Positions 1-13,790 of a stretch of DNA of 64,000 nucleotides are shown here, piece after piece. A program made the position numbers and the translations under genes. The DNA is from Paraspadella gotoi (Eukaryota; Animalia; Chaetognatha). Within the stretch, counting starts at the first letter, position 1, and every line of letters starts with the position of its first letter. The stretch spans positions 1,660,063 to 1,724,062 of the forward strand of contig CM119271.1 of assembly GCA_051294375.1 (NCBI GenBank), read 5' to 3'. The notes beneath the pieces are model-generated. The model was not told the DNA's origin, did no database searches, and saw only the letters and a program-made list of their open reading frames with translations.

Positions 1-3000
1 TTAGCGGAAAAGAGCTGGAGTTGTTGTTGTTGTAGTTGTGAAGGTGAAGAAGGTTATGAGAGTTATGCTCAAGGGGACCACAGAGACCAGTTAAAGAGAG
101 AAAGTAGCACCGGAGAGGAAGAGAGAGAGCCCAGAGGAGAGAGAGAGAGATTTGATGAGAGAGATAGGAGAGAGAAGAAATAACGTCAGTAGGAAAGGTA
201 GTTTGATTTTTAAGGCGGAGTAACAGCATCACTGAAGAAAAGTGAAGACGAAATTGGAAGATGACTTTTGAAAGAGGAGAGAGAAGAGGAAGAACGAAGC
301 GAGCAGAGAGAGGAGAGTAAGAGAGACGAGAGAGACACGAGAGAGACGAGAGAGAGAGAGAGAGAAGACGAGAAAAAAGAGAAATACTCGAGAGAGAGGA
401 CTGAGAGACGCGACGCCAGCGAGGGTTTGGGTGAGTACGATCAAAGAGTGGAGAAGAAAATGAATAACGATGTTGAAAAAGAGCGTGCGGTCTTCGTAAT
501 TTGAGGTACGCGCGCGAGCGCACGACAAGCACAAATCATATCCTGCTGAGCGCGCGCATTAAACGAGAGGAACACAGATAGAATATGAGAGATGAAGAGG
601 TTGATTAGCAAGTGAGAGGCGAGATTACATAGAGAATATTGTGTTAAGGTTTTGGTGAGAAGCCGATGAAGAGAAATAATAACTATTCTAGAGTCGTACT
701 AGATTATCAATATCAGCGCGAACACTTAGAGAGAGAACGATATAGATTGAGTAAAATAGAGCAGATTCTCGTCGCTGAGATCCGAGAGCGAGAAACTATA
801 TGCAAAGGAGTCATCACTTCTCTCCTCTCATCGCTCTCTGCCTATAATACTTCTGCCTCCGTCTCTCTCTCTCTACATCTCCTCTCTTCCCTCTCTCTCT
901 TCTCACTCTCTTTATTTCAGAAAACCCACGTCAACTCTTCACAACAAATCGCAATCACACACGAGTTCAATCACTTCGCCTTTTGTTTTTCTCGACTCGT
1001 TATGCACTTTTCTCCATTCACATTTTTAGTTCCGGATCGTGCATGATAATCAGCAGATCCCGACTGCTTATAAGCTCACTTTCGTCGTCCGTACGGGTCG
1101 CAGCTTCCCTCCCAATTCTTGTCGGATAAGCATCACTGTATATCAGTGTCAACAACATCAAATATTGAGTGCAAATAATTTATGCAAAATATAAAAAACA
1201 ATGTCCGTTGCGTCCCGGGTTCCTCGTCTGTCTGTCTGTCTGTCTGTCGTCGTCTGTCTGTTGTCCTGTCTGTTCCTGTCTGTCTGTCTGTCTGTCTGCT
1301 CTTTCCGTCCTTGTATCTTGTTTGTAAATAGACACGCTAACAACACCACGATAAGCACTTTAGAGATTCCCGATATTCCGTATGCAACAACCTATAGCAA
1401 AAAGACCACCGCAATTGATACTCGGTGAATTGGATGGTATGGATTTGTCGAAATTGTAAAATAGTTAGTGTGTGGGTAGGAGTAAGTTGCTTGTGAATAA
1501 GAGCTGTAAATAAAGCAAGTTTCGATGGAATCCGTGGCGATAGAGGTGAGAGATATTGATTTAAATGGCAAACAAAAAAAAAATTAGTCCACTATATTAA
1601 AAGAGCAACGCATAAGTAAGCTCAGAGCTGGAGAAGTGGGACGACTGAACTTAGAAGATTCTTCGTACTTTGGGTTAAAGAGAAGTTGTGATTGAGTTGG
1701 ACACATGCAACGTTTTCGATGGAATCGTTTTGTAGTCAGCGAATCATGAGTTTAAATGAGGAAAAAAAAAACCTGTTTCAACACTAATTGATTTATGCTT
1801 TCTATTTTCCTTTTATATTAAATCGTAAGCAATTGAAGGATGTAAATTAATCAAATTCAATAATGATATATCAATAATTAATCACTAGTCAAGTTAATTA
1901 ATCAATTAATTAATTAATTAGATCAATAAATTCCGTCCTTAAAGTTCTCAACAAAGGCGCTCCATCTTAGCAAAAAAGCTTTAATAACTCGTGATTGCTT
2001 GTGATTGGATATTGCGATAATTTATGTGTGACCGTAGGAACATGTGTGAGAAATGCCAATCGCTGAGTATATAAGTAGTTTTGATGGAATTCGGGCGCAG
2101 TGGAAATAAGAGTTTAAATGGAAAAACAGTAAAGTTGCATTTTGCTCGAAATAAGTACTCTCTTACTTTACATCATTAATTGCATGATATTTTTTGAAGA
2201 TTAAAATTTTGTTGTGGGTAGGAAAAGTGATGGTGACGAAAGTCTTGATACAGAAAGTATCGGTAGAAAAGTAAAAGTGGAAAATGATGTTTAAATTATA
2301 AAAAATATATGAGCTCACATTTTTACTTAGAATTAATAATTAGCAAATAAAAATAAAATCGTAAAGCACCTATTGATTGGCAAAAAATTTCCAATTGTAA
2401 ACCACTGTACACCTTTTTTTTCCTCGAGATCTTTATCTCTAATAATTTTATTTTTTTCAAATTACTATATTAGTTTTCTTTGTTTCGTCGGAGCGCTGGC
2501 ACATTTCTATGTATAAACGAGTTTTAAGAACCAGACGTCTCCTCTCTCAGTCTCTCATCCTAGTCTCTGTCTTGTCTTCAGCTCGTGTGCGTGTCTACTC
2601 TCTGTATCGAGGTCTCTTGCGTGGAGTCGTTCTCTCGTACTTTTTTGAAAAAATTTCTGATTATTTTTTCTTTCTAAAAAGAAATATTATATTGTCGATT
2701 CAGTAGCCGCTGTGGCTTTTTCTGAATTCCGTTTAAAGAACGAGTTCAGGCTGCTCTCTCTCTTCTTGTCTCTCCCTCCGTCTCTCCTTCTCTCTCCTCC
2801 TCTCATCTTGTCTTCTCTCTCTTTCTCTGCCCTCTCTCTCTCTCTCTCTGTCTCTTAACTGTCTCCTTACTCTCTCCCTCTTCTCCTTTCTCGTCTCCTC
2901 TCTTTCCTCTCTATCCTGTTTCTTTCTCTCTCTCTTTTATCTCCTTTCTTCTCTCTCTCTCTTCTCCTCTTTCCTTTCCTCACCGGTGCTCAACTTGTCC

Positions 3001-6000
3001 TCTCTCTATCTCTTCATTTTTATTACCAAAATAATTTTTTTAGTCATGCGGTTTTTTCAGCCACCCCGTCTTCATTATATATTACTATTAACCGGTTACT
3101 CCTACATCTCTCCACACCTCCTTCACCACTAGGACGACTACCCAGTATAAACATGATTAAACGAGTTCCGAGTCTCTCATTTCTTACTTTACAAGCCTTC
3201 ACCTCTTACTCTCCTCCATTAGGTTTCAGACAACCGGTAAACAATATTCCATCTTCTTAGTCTTTTCTACATCCTTATTTCTATAATCAATCACTCTATG
3301 CGTATGCATATTTACCTAACTCATAGCCGCGAATTACATACCTCTACTCTTAATCTCTATATCGGCCAAGGTTATTTTCTGTTTTACACAGACCTTTACA
3401 GAATATCTTTTTTATTAGGATCACCACCAAAAAACATTAATTCATTGAGAGACGTTTTACCAACATAAATGATAACAACAGAAACCCCACTTTGAGTTAA
3501 ATTAAGACATGACAGCCTCCCCAATATTTCTTGTAAAGTATACCTCCTCTCAAAGTAACCTCCGTACGTTCACTATTTCACCGAATCTCCGAGCCCAGTT
3601 TGCGTTCCAGGTCACCCAAAACCTCCCTACCTGATCAGAATTTGTTTAACTTCTACCATGCTTTCTTCTCTGTCTCCTCTCTTCTTCTCTCGTTCATATT
3701 TACCACCATATATTACCCCTTCTAGGTACATATAATCCTTTCTGGTTGGTTTTGTTCTATAGATTATATTTTTCTCTCCCTCCAAATCCTCTTCTCCCTC
3801 CCGTTCCCGATACTCTCTTTCTTCTTTTGGCTCTCGACTGAGCTCTTCTTGCTTTGTTCATCTTTTCATCGTCTCGCAACAACCTATCTTACTATTGATC
3901 ATATTAACTATATATAAAAGGTACAAAAAACCAAGAAAGCCCCGGAGAATTACGAAAAACCATAGAATGGTCCGGTAACATATGAGAATCCTCTCTTTCC
4001 TTCTCCCGGCTACCCATCTAGTGTGCCATCCAGGAAATGAAAATATTTGAAGGGAATTAACAATTAACTAAAAATCGAACACATACCAGTAAGAATTTCG
4101 AAAGAGTCATTGAAGTGCTAGCGCATTTTTTTCATCCCTAATTTTTAAAATTACTTTGCTATTTTGCAGATAAGAAGCAGGCTACTCCATTCCTGTAAAC
4201 GTCCCTGTTAAAATAATTTACATTCGTTACTTATTAGTCTTATGAATTGGCTTGATTTGGTGAAAGTTTTTAGCTAATTTCTACTTAATACCTGTTTATC
4301 CCTTATCATTTTCTCTACTCTGTTACCCGCCCATAATGGATATACTAAATGGGTTCATATACTATTCTCATATTCTTACAGGATTTCTGTCCTCGTTATC
4401 GGTTAATCTATAAATCTCCTCTGTTACACCGACTTCTAGTTATTAATAATATCAGTTGAAGATTCAGATTTTCTGAAAATATTCTTGTTTATTTTCTTTC
4501 CGTGTGCTTATCAATAACTTTTTATATTTATCTTGCCTTTTTATATCCTTGCTTTAGTTGGTTTGGGTTTTTTTAGAGATAAATTCTACCATTTTGGTTC
4601 TCGCGCGTATTTTTTTCTCATGAAATGCATGAGTCAATCTCAATTCATTTTTAATAATGATGCGTCACAGCATAGATTATATCAAGGTTATTCAACCATA
4701 GAATTCATTTAATATGAGAAGCTTAAGATGAAAACAAGAAAGAACTGAAAAAAGTCTTAATTTCATTCGAATAAAAGGAATAAGGTGAGATTGATGTCAT
4801 GTAATCACACTAGCTAATAAAGGAAATTTTAATTTTTATTTATCAGCAAGAAGGAGAAGAGGATTTGGAGATGAGGAGGAGAGGATAAGCAGAGCCACTT
4901 TTTTCTAATACATAAATCCCATATTGTAATTCACGAATATTTTTCCGTGTGATGTTTATTATATATTTGCCATTCTAAAAAGCGTGGGTTATTAATATTA
5001 TTTATTATATCTCTCCTATATTGTCTCTTTCTCTCGAGAGATTTCGAAGAAATCAACAGAGATCTTGCATTTCTCGAGGCAATCGGAGATACGAAAAGAT
5101 GAGAGCAGACATCAAAAGTAAGACAGATGCGAGTGGGCGCCAATTAAGGGTCGAAGAGAGGATATATAACCGAAAGAATGACTAATCATGACGATCAGAC
5201 GAAGAAGAGGAGAGGAGAGAGACAAAAGATATGAAAAAGAGACACAAAGACAGAGAGTACTAGCATGGAACAGATACACGGGAGAAGGAATCGAGAGAAA
5301 GTATGAAGACGAGATGAGAGAAGAGAAGAGAGAGCAGAGAGGAGAGAAGAGCGACAGGATTGGAAACAGTCTTTATAATCATAATCTAATACATAATAAA
5401 TGGTAAAGAAACTCATAAACGCGGATCAATGAATGAGACGATATACACGCAATGTCGGCATCGAATGAGAATGACATAATATCATCAGCATGCAAAATGA
5501 ATGATTAACAAAAAAAACACAATACAATGAAAAATATAAACATAAAAAATCATAACAACATCAAATAGAAGGATTATCATCAGAAGAGCATCAATTGAGA
5601 GATGTATCAACGGCATCTCCAATAGAATGATTGAGTCATCAAACAACAGACATCCATGCATTTGGTTATACATCGCGAAGATCAATCCTTTGGTTAGTCA
5701 TCGCGCATCAATATTTGTTATCATCGCGAGGGATCAAAAGATATAATTGGTCTATCATTTCGCATCAATATTATGGTTTATTTTCATTCCAAATAGCAAG
5801 GCTCGATCCACATTAGCTGTGAAAATGAGTTTCTTTAAGTAGTAGAAATGAAGAGCTACGTTTCCTTTCAATTTATTGATGACACACACCTCACATCGAG
5901 ACTCACACACAAATTATCACCAGGAAAAAAAAAAACCGGTGTGCGGACCTGGAGAGGAGAACAGAGAGAAAGGAATACACAGGTATTGATACAAACTGAT

Positions 6001-9000
6001 ATAGGAAATACAGGAATCAGAGAACATAATAAAAACAAAGGCAAATTAGATTCGATCGTATCACAGACAAATCAAAACGTTTAACGTCGTCGGTGATCGG
6101 TGGGATTTTACAGTCAGAATCGGTACGGAAAGGTCACGTAATCGTCGATCGTCGTCGTCGTCGTCGTTGTCGTTGAGAATAAATCGAAGAAATAACCGAA
6201 TTCGAATATCCATTTGATTTTTTATATACTACGACTATGGTGGAAGAGGGGTGTTAACGCAGAGTAGACGAGTCAGGAATAGTGTTAAATTCGGCATCTT
6301 GTCATCATGTATATCATTCTGTAATGGAACAAATAAGCACTACAAAACCGTTTCGTTTATTGGGCGCTGCGTCGGGTCGAGTCACGTTGTCGTCGAATAG
6401 TCGTCTTGCGTTGGTCTCCGAGAAGTAAATGAAAGAGATAGGAAAAAAGCCTTTTGAGTAATAAGAAACTCGTGAAAATCAGTCGTCAGTTGTCGATCCG
6501 TCGATCGTCGAAATCGTCATAACATCCTAATAAATCGTTGAAAATCGTTAATATATTTTGATCGATCCTGGTTTCCGAAAGAAAAGTCATCAGTCCTGAA
6601 ATAATGGTATGAAGAGAGAACGTGCGAGGTCGTCGTCAGATACGAGGGCGAGGGTCGAGGGTCGTGGACAGAGTCCGTCCGAAGCTCTCAATCACAAGAT
6701 GGTCCACTCCCATGATGGAAGACAACAAGCATCAGAAACAAAAGAGAAAGGAGAAGAAAGAGGAAGATTAAGATGGAGATAGAGAGGGGGGCGGTGGAGG
6801 AGAGAAAGAGAAAAGAGAAGGAAGAAGAAGGGAGAATAGAGATGGGAGAAAAAAGAAGAGAGAGTCCAATACGGAGGAAAAAAGAAAAGGAGACGAAGAC
6901 GAGGCGGATCTAAGGAAAGAGAGAAGAATAAGAGTTTTTTTAGTCGCTATGTGAACGGAAAAGAGAGGAAAAAGAAGAGGAAGGGAGGGGAGAAGGAGAG
7001 GAACGACCAAGAATTAAGAAGAAGAGAATAGTAAGAAGATGAAGGGGAAGAGAAAGAGAAGAGAGAAAAAGGGAGAAGAGGGAGAGAAAGAAAGAAAGAA
7101 TAAATAATAAGTAATAAATCTTTGAAAATATGAAAAATAGTGGGAGAGATGGGTGTAAAGCTGAGAGGGACTAAAGATAATCCTTTGACCAACAGAGAAA
7201 AAGTTGAGAGAAAACGGATTGAAAAAGCATGACAAAAGGACACAATTCAAGATCACCAAGATGAATATTATATAATTGGACAGGTTGATTAATAAAAATA
7301 GTATTAAAATAACAATAACAAACACTAAATAACTAAAAAAAAAAAACGACAAGAAAAGAACCAATTGATAACATAATACCTAAAAACTAGGAGCGTCTCG
7401 GTCCCCTTCACTCCAGGGCTAAAGACTTCCGCTATCACTCGACAGGAGTCCTCAAAAGTTCCCTTCCACCAACTCGGAAGCCGGGCAAAGAGGAAGAAGG
7501 AGAGCGGGAGGGGCTCAGTGGTGGTGAGGGGCGAAGTTCGGGGAAGGACCTAAGATGTGGGGAGGATGCCGAGGCGACGACGGAGCGACCACGAGCGAGC
7601 GACGACGGACAAAGCGACGACGACGATGATGGTAGCAACGAAAACCGAGAAAATGAACCGGAGAGATGGAGACCGAAAACGTAAAAAAGTATTGACAAAG
7701 GATAATAAAGAAAAGACGATGACGGACCGTTTCGAAGAGGAGCGACGTCATATTTGGAAACGAATTATAACGGACGAGCGACACGAGAATTCGAAAGCAA
7801 AAAAGTCAATTGTCTCATGCGTGCGAACCCAAGAAGGCGTTTTCCGTCTCTCTCTCTCTCTCATCTCTCTCGTCGTCTCGATCTTTCTCTCTCTCTCAGT
7901 CTCAGTTCTCGTCTCTCTCTCTCTCTCTCTTGACCCACCCCGGTAATCTTCACCCTCGGAAAGACCCGCCGCCTCCCTGGAATCTCCGCCTAAATCTATG
8001 TCTCAATCAAAAATATCATCCCGTCTTCTCTTCTGTTCCATTAAGGGTTCTCCTCTCCTCTCCTCCTTCCCTCCTCCCCTCCCTCCTCGCCTTTTCCCAT
8101 GAAGAACGAGATCGTTTATGTGGATGCCCGCTAGGGTAGAGTTGATGGGGGGCATGAGGAGGATATTAGGGATGAATAAAGCAATCGGTGGCCTTGTTAA
8201 AAACTGTTGAAGTCGCGCAGAGTTATATGAGGATTTGATTTTATATATTTAGATTAGGAGTGGAGAGAGGCAGTGCGGAAAAAAAAATGAGTTATTTGTA
8301 GATATCAACAAATTATTAAAGGTTTTAGTACAATTAATTCTTAAAAAAAAGGCGTCAAATGTAAATTTTAAAATTCTTTAACACCTAAGGTTTTAATGTA
8401 AATTTAAGATAGGAAAAGTATAATTAATTCAACAAATTGAAAAAAAAAAGTTGCCCGATTAGTCGGGTCGAGTCGATTGTAGTCTCTAAAGTGCGCCCTC
8501 AACATTTTTCGTCACTAGCCAGCGACTGACCCACCGATCCTTCTCGTCGTCGTTATGTCTTGTCGCCGTCGTCGCCGTTGCTTCCCCGCCCGCGCGGCCC
8601 ACACGTCGCGAAACAAACGCGAAACGAAGGCCTTTTCCCTACAACTTTCCTTGTCGAGAAAAAGAAAGAAAGGAAAAGACAGAAGCGCGTGACGGGATTA
8701 CAAGATTTCCGGCACAGACTGCGTGGAAAGGTCGAAGCGCCGTCAAATAGGAAACTCGAGAACTCAACTTAGGAGACGACCAATCACGAAACATAAGGAT
8801 TTTCATTTCAGAAAAATGTGTTTTGCACAATTCGTCAAATAGAGAAACAGAGACGTAGTCTGAGAATATCTATATGACAATGAAGAAAGCGATTATGAAG
8901 ACATCTATCGACAATCAGGGGAATCGGAGGAGAGGAAGACGACGAATATGAAGGAAGGTAAGAGGAGAAATATTAGAGAGAGGAAAAAAGAAATGAGTGA

Positions 9001-9269
9001 AATGAATGAGAAAGAAAATTATGAAACGAGACGTGAGGAGCGCATGAACTTGAGGCAGAGAGGACAAGGGATAGGGAGTGATGATAATTAGGGGAAGAAG
9101 TGTGAATAAAATGGGATCGCGAAAGCTGGAAAAAGTGTGAGGAATAGGAGGTTATATGGAATGCGGAATTATTTAAGAAAAAGTGAGTTCTTATATAAGT
9201 CGAAAAATATGTAATTAGTAATTGTGAAATTTTAATTAGTGATTGTAGTTAGTAAATAAAAAAAAATGA

Positions 9270-9680
9270 CTGGAGGCCTAAACCACCAAGCTGTCCAAAG
9301 CTTATTTATTAAATGAATGGATAAATTTTTATATGTGGTACCAATTTCATAAAATTCATCTTCTTGTATTATGATGCTAGTGCCGGAGTACAGTAAAGTA
9401 TTCCCCGATCTAATACCTAAGGAGTGGTCTTTTCATACAATTTGAAACATTCTTTGAAATATTTTCCACTTCAATCGATAGGGAAGCAGGTACTCTGAGA
9501 GTGAATAAACGAGGCTGTGAGAGAGTTTTGATTGAAAGCTTGCAGGGACTGCGATGTCATTATCTTGTAAGAGTGATGAAGGCCTTAAACCACCAAAGCC
9601 AGTCCAAAGTCAGGGGCAAGATAGCTTATTTATAAAGAATGGAAATTTTTATATTGGGTTTACCAATTTCATAAAATGAA
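9270..9680 (+). mobile_element. Repeat family R1, partial-tandem copy
   Basis: Collinear with 16236-16647. Confidence 0.8.
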
Positions 9681-12344
9681 TATGAACCGTAATTGGGTTT
9701 CAGTATATATANNNNNNNNNNNNNNNNNNNNNNNNNGTATATTATAATGAAATGTTATTAATGTATTTAAGGAAAGTTTTTTTATTCAATTGACATAGCG
9801 AAAACTATATCTTGCTACTTCTTTGAGAAGGAAGCTAAAAACTCTGGGAATTTAAATTTAAAGACAATAGGATTAACTCTGAGCTTGCAGGATTTTGCAA
9901 CGTTGTTAGGAATAACCAGTATATTAGTTATACCAATTTTATGTAACGAACATTTAACTGCATGAAAATTAAAATTTTAATTACTAAAATTAAACTCTCT
10001 GTCTCCTCATTTCCTTCAGTGCAAACAAACCTCCAGTTGCCCGTCAACCAGCTGGGGTCTACTCCTCTTCTACCTCCTCCTCCTCTTGCTCCTCCTGTCC
10101 CGTCAAATATTATAAATTATTCTTTAAATTCTATTAAAAATCATGAGAGAGAGAGAGAGAGAGAGANNNNNNNNNNNNNNNNNNNNNNNNNNNNNNNNNN
10201 NNNNNNNNNNNNNNNNNNNNNNNNNNNNNNNNNNNNNNNNNNNNNNNNNNNNNNNNNNNNNNNNNNNNNNNNNNNNNNNNNNNNNNNNNNNNNNNNNNNN
10301 NNNNNNNNNNNNNNNNNNNNNNNNNNNNNNNNNNNNNNNNNNNNNNNNGACCTCGGGAGTCTTCCTGCCAATTAAGCAAAGTAAGCGAAAAGTGTCATCT
10401 TTAAGCGGATTGTTTAACCGATAGATTTTTCAAATCTCGAAAGCCGTTTGATTAAGGGGGCGGAGAGGAAAAGAAAAGGGGTTGAGAGATGGTGAGAGAC
10501 GGTGAGAGACGGGCAGGGGTAGGGTGAGGAAAAGTGGGAAAGAAACAAACTCGTATAAATTGAACAATTTGAATTTTATAAAATCAATAGCTAATTTTAA
10601 TATAGAGGAGGTTAGTTGGTATTTCTGAAATAAAACGGAAATAAATACTACTTATAAAATAATCAGACATTCATGATTAGCTATCTAGGAAAAGTTAGAA
10701 ACATTTATTAATTTGAAGGATATCTAACTGCGAAAACTTGCTCGAATTTTTTAAAAGAATACAGGATGTTTCAGATTCTAGCAGAGAGACTAAATTTCCT
10801 TTGCAGTGTGGCTTCCTTCCATTTTTTGTAGATCGACGGCGTATACGAAGTTAGAGGCAATAAGATTGGCTACCGTGCAAGTGAAAAATGGCGGAAAAAA
10901 ATCGCTATTGCGCTTTATGGAAAAGCGGAGCTCCTGCGCCATAGAGCGCGCTACGACGAAGCAGGTGGCATGCAATCATCATAATTCAACTTATCTCTGG
11001 TTGGCCGGGGAACTCCCTGCCGATCTCAATCGCACTATTGAATGCGCTTTGGTTGCATAGCATGATAAAAAGAATGCAGAAGTACGAGAACGCGGCTAAA
11101 CAATCAAAATCGGGGCTGAAAAAGATTGCGCTAAAAGGTGTGGGAAAAACATTTCACCTTCGTACCTCATTCGCTTTACGAGAGGCATGGCGCCGCAGTA
11201 CGAATGCGGAGGCAGTAGGTCGATGCCGAGGGAGGGCAGTACCAAATATTGAGAATTGTTTTAACGGCCATAGTTTTGTATATTTTTTAATTGAATAAAT
11301 GAACTTTTAAAAAAATGTTTCTAACTTTTTTTCGCCTAGATAGTAAATTTGGTGAATAAACAAAAATATTTATTAAATTCGAAAAAGCAATTTAAATTTT
11401 TTTTATTCATTCAATAAATATTATAAAAAAAAATATCTTGCCCGTGATTTTTGGACAGTCTATGGCGGAGTAGGGCGCGGAACAGGTTGAAAGACTAAAG
11501 TGTCTCTGCAAATAAATAATCGATAAAGTTGAGCTGTTTTAGAGAATATGAAAAAATAAAAATAGATTTTAAAATAAAATTATTTATGTAATGAAGACGC
11601 ACGGAAAGCAGTTTAAAGATTATTTTATTACTATATAAAGGTTAAAAATTTTTTTTTGATTTTTCAATTTTTTTTAATGGATGTCTGATAGAATCTTTAA
11701 AAGTTAAGATAAAGGTTATTAATACAAGATTTTTAAAATTTTTGTTTGTTTTTAATTTGATAAAAAGTTTTAAAAAAACTATAAAATTCAGCCAATGAAT
11801 GATGGATGATGATGATTTTTTTTAAGCGGTTTTTTTCTGTTTTTAACGGTGCAATTTCTTGTCAAATGATTTTTTAAATATTTTGTAGTAGCGTATACGT
11901 TTCATGTTAAGCTTTTCAAGCTCTATATTGGAATCGCAGTTCTTAAAAAAAAACAAATTTTTTTTTTAAATTTTTTGTCATTTGTTTATAATAACTTAAT
12001 AAATATTTAAAAGCTTGCGTGCTAACATACCCAATGAACTAATTCAAAAGTTGCATTGAAAATCGGTAGTTTAAGTAATAAGAAGGAAAAAAGGAATTTT
12101 TTTTTGAGAGAATTAAAAGTTATAAAAAGTGGTTCAATTTTGGCCCGCCTTAATTGGCGAGTCACGACTCTTAACACGAATTAATAAAATTGTATGTAAG
12201 GTTTCCATCAAGACTCTCTCACTGACTAGTTTATTAACTCCAAGGCTACCTGGCTTACCAAGCAAATAATGCCTGAATTATATAAAAGGATCACTCTCTA
12301 AAGTACTAGAATACTATTTTTATAATATTTTTACTATTTTTACA

Positions 12345-12585
12345 CTATTTTTTCTTAAATTTGGAATTAATTAAATTTTTTTAGTTAAAGATTATATTAA
12401 AAGTCAGGGTTATGTTATAGGTTAGCGATTAAGTTATTGATTAAGGTTAGGGGTTAGGGTTAAAAATTAGGGATAAGTGTATAGGGTTCGGGTTAGGGGT
12501 TGGGATTAAGGTTAGGGATTAGGTTCAAGTTTAAATATATATTTAGATTAAATATTAGGGTTAAAATTAAATTATAGAAAGCACA
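12345..12585 (+). repeat. Degenerate TTAGGG-like array (probable R2 copy)
   Basis: GGTTAGGGGTTAGGGTT, GGGTTAGGGGTTGGGATTAAGGTTAGGGATTAGG; starts TCTTAAATTTGGAATT as in R2. Confidence 0.55.
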
Positions 12586-12913
12586 AATTTTTTCGACCTA
12601 AACAAAAAACAAAGGTTGGGCAAAACTTTTCAATCCCCCGCCCAAAATTCGTCATCTTTAATTTTCCCTCCCTATATTTTTTTTTCCGAAAACGTCTTCT
12701 CTCCGCCTCATTTATCATTTTCAAGTTTTTTTTTCCCTTTTTTTTATTTCCTTAATTCTCGTACGTCACCGTCCGGGGTTTATCCTATCCATTCATTGTG
12801 TAGAATCCATGTCCAGCTTTTTAAATCATTTTAACTATTTTTTTCTTTGTCATCTTTAAAACGTCAAAATAATAAAAGGAAAAAAAAAAAGTTTGTCAAA
12901 TGGAAGCTGGGTG

Positions 12914-12914
<1 letters not shown>

Positions 12915-12962
<48 letters not shown>

Positions 12963-13026
12963 TCGTCGTCACCAAAATATAATTTTAAACTTTTTCGTCT
13001 AATTCGTCCCGCTATTCATCTTTAAT

Positions 13027-13087
<61 letters not shown>
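12915..13087. repeat. (GTC)n and (AG)n microsatellites
   Basis: Directly visible; representative of dozens across the window. Confidence 0.95.
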
Positions 13088-13089
<2 letters not shown>

Positions 13090-13481
13090 ATATAGTTGAT
13101 TCTTTGAAAAGTGAAAAGTGAGAATTTAAAATTAGACTAACGATAATCCTGAGTCCTCCTTTGACCCCGAGAGATTTTAAACACGGATCTCCTCGACACG
13201 TTTTGGAATTCCGAAGAGGGTAGAGGACGGGCTAGGTGGAATTTAACATTGCTTGTAGTATTAATGAAAGCTTATTGAACAAACACACAGTCATTAAAGA
13301 ACAAAAGTACAATATACTAAACAATTAAGTAGGTCTCCGCGATAGGGTGTAAAAAATATCGACTTCCGGGTCAGCGACCGATCTTTTGAAATAAAACATA
13401 AATATGAATCTTAATTTTATTAAAACTAATGAGACACAGGCAGGTAAAGAAACTCAACTTATTTTGTAACAAACAAACTTC

Positions 13482-13790
13482 GGCCGCATTTTCCCAAAGC
13501 ACCCCATTTCATCTTAAATTCGGAATCAAATTAGTTTTTATTCGGTTTAAAGATTAAGTTAATGGCTAGGTTTAGGAATTAGGTTTAAGATTAGGCAAAG
13601 GATGATTTTAGTTAATGATTAAGATTAAGGATTAAGTTAGGGATTATTTTTCAAGGTGAAGATTAAGCGTTAGAGATTAATGATTAGAGTTTTGTGTTAA
13701 GGTTAAATATTCTGTCACGGTTAGTGATTAACATTAAAATCACGTTGAGGATTAAGGAACAGAAATTGGGCGCTCTCGAAAAAGAGAGCC
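13482..13790 (+). mobile_element. TIR-bounded element with degenerate TTAGGG-like core (family R2)
   Basis: Left TTTTCCCAAAGCACCCCATTTC, right GAAATTGGGCGCTCTCGAAAAAGAGAGCC (imperfect inverted repeat); interior has 6-bp TTAGGN periodicity. Confidence 0.6.

Noticed and set aside
229-8139. Many ORFs rich in ER/RE, SL/LS or poly-R/S/T (here and throughout the window)
   Set aside because: Translations of (AG)n, (CT)n and (GTC)n microsatellites; no domain or splice support.
9962-10424. ORFs running through N-gaps (also at 32.8-33.6, 57.3-57.7 and 60.8-63.3 kb)
   Set aside because: Open only because of Ns.
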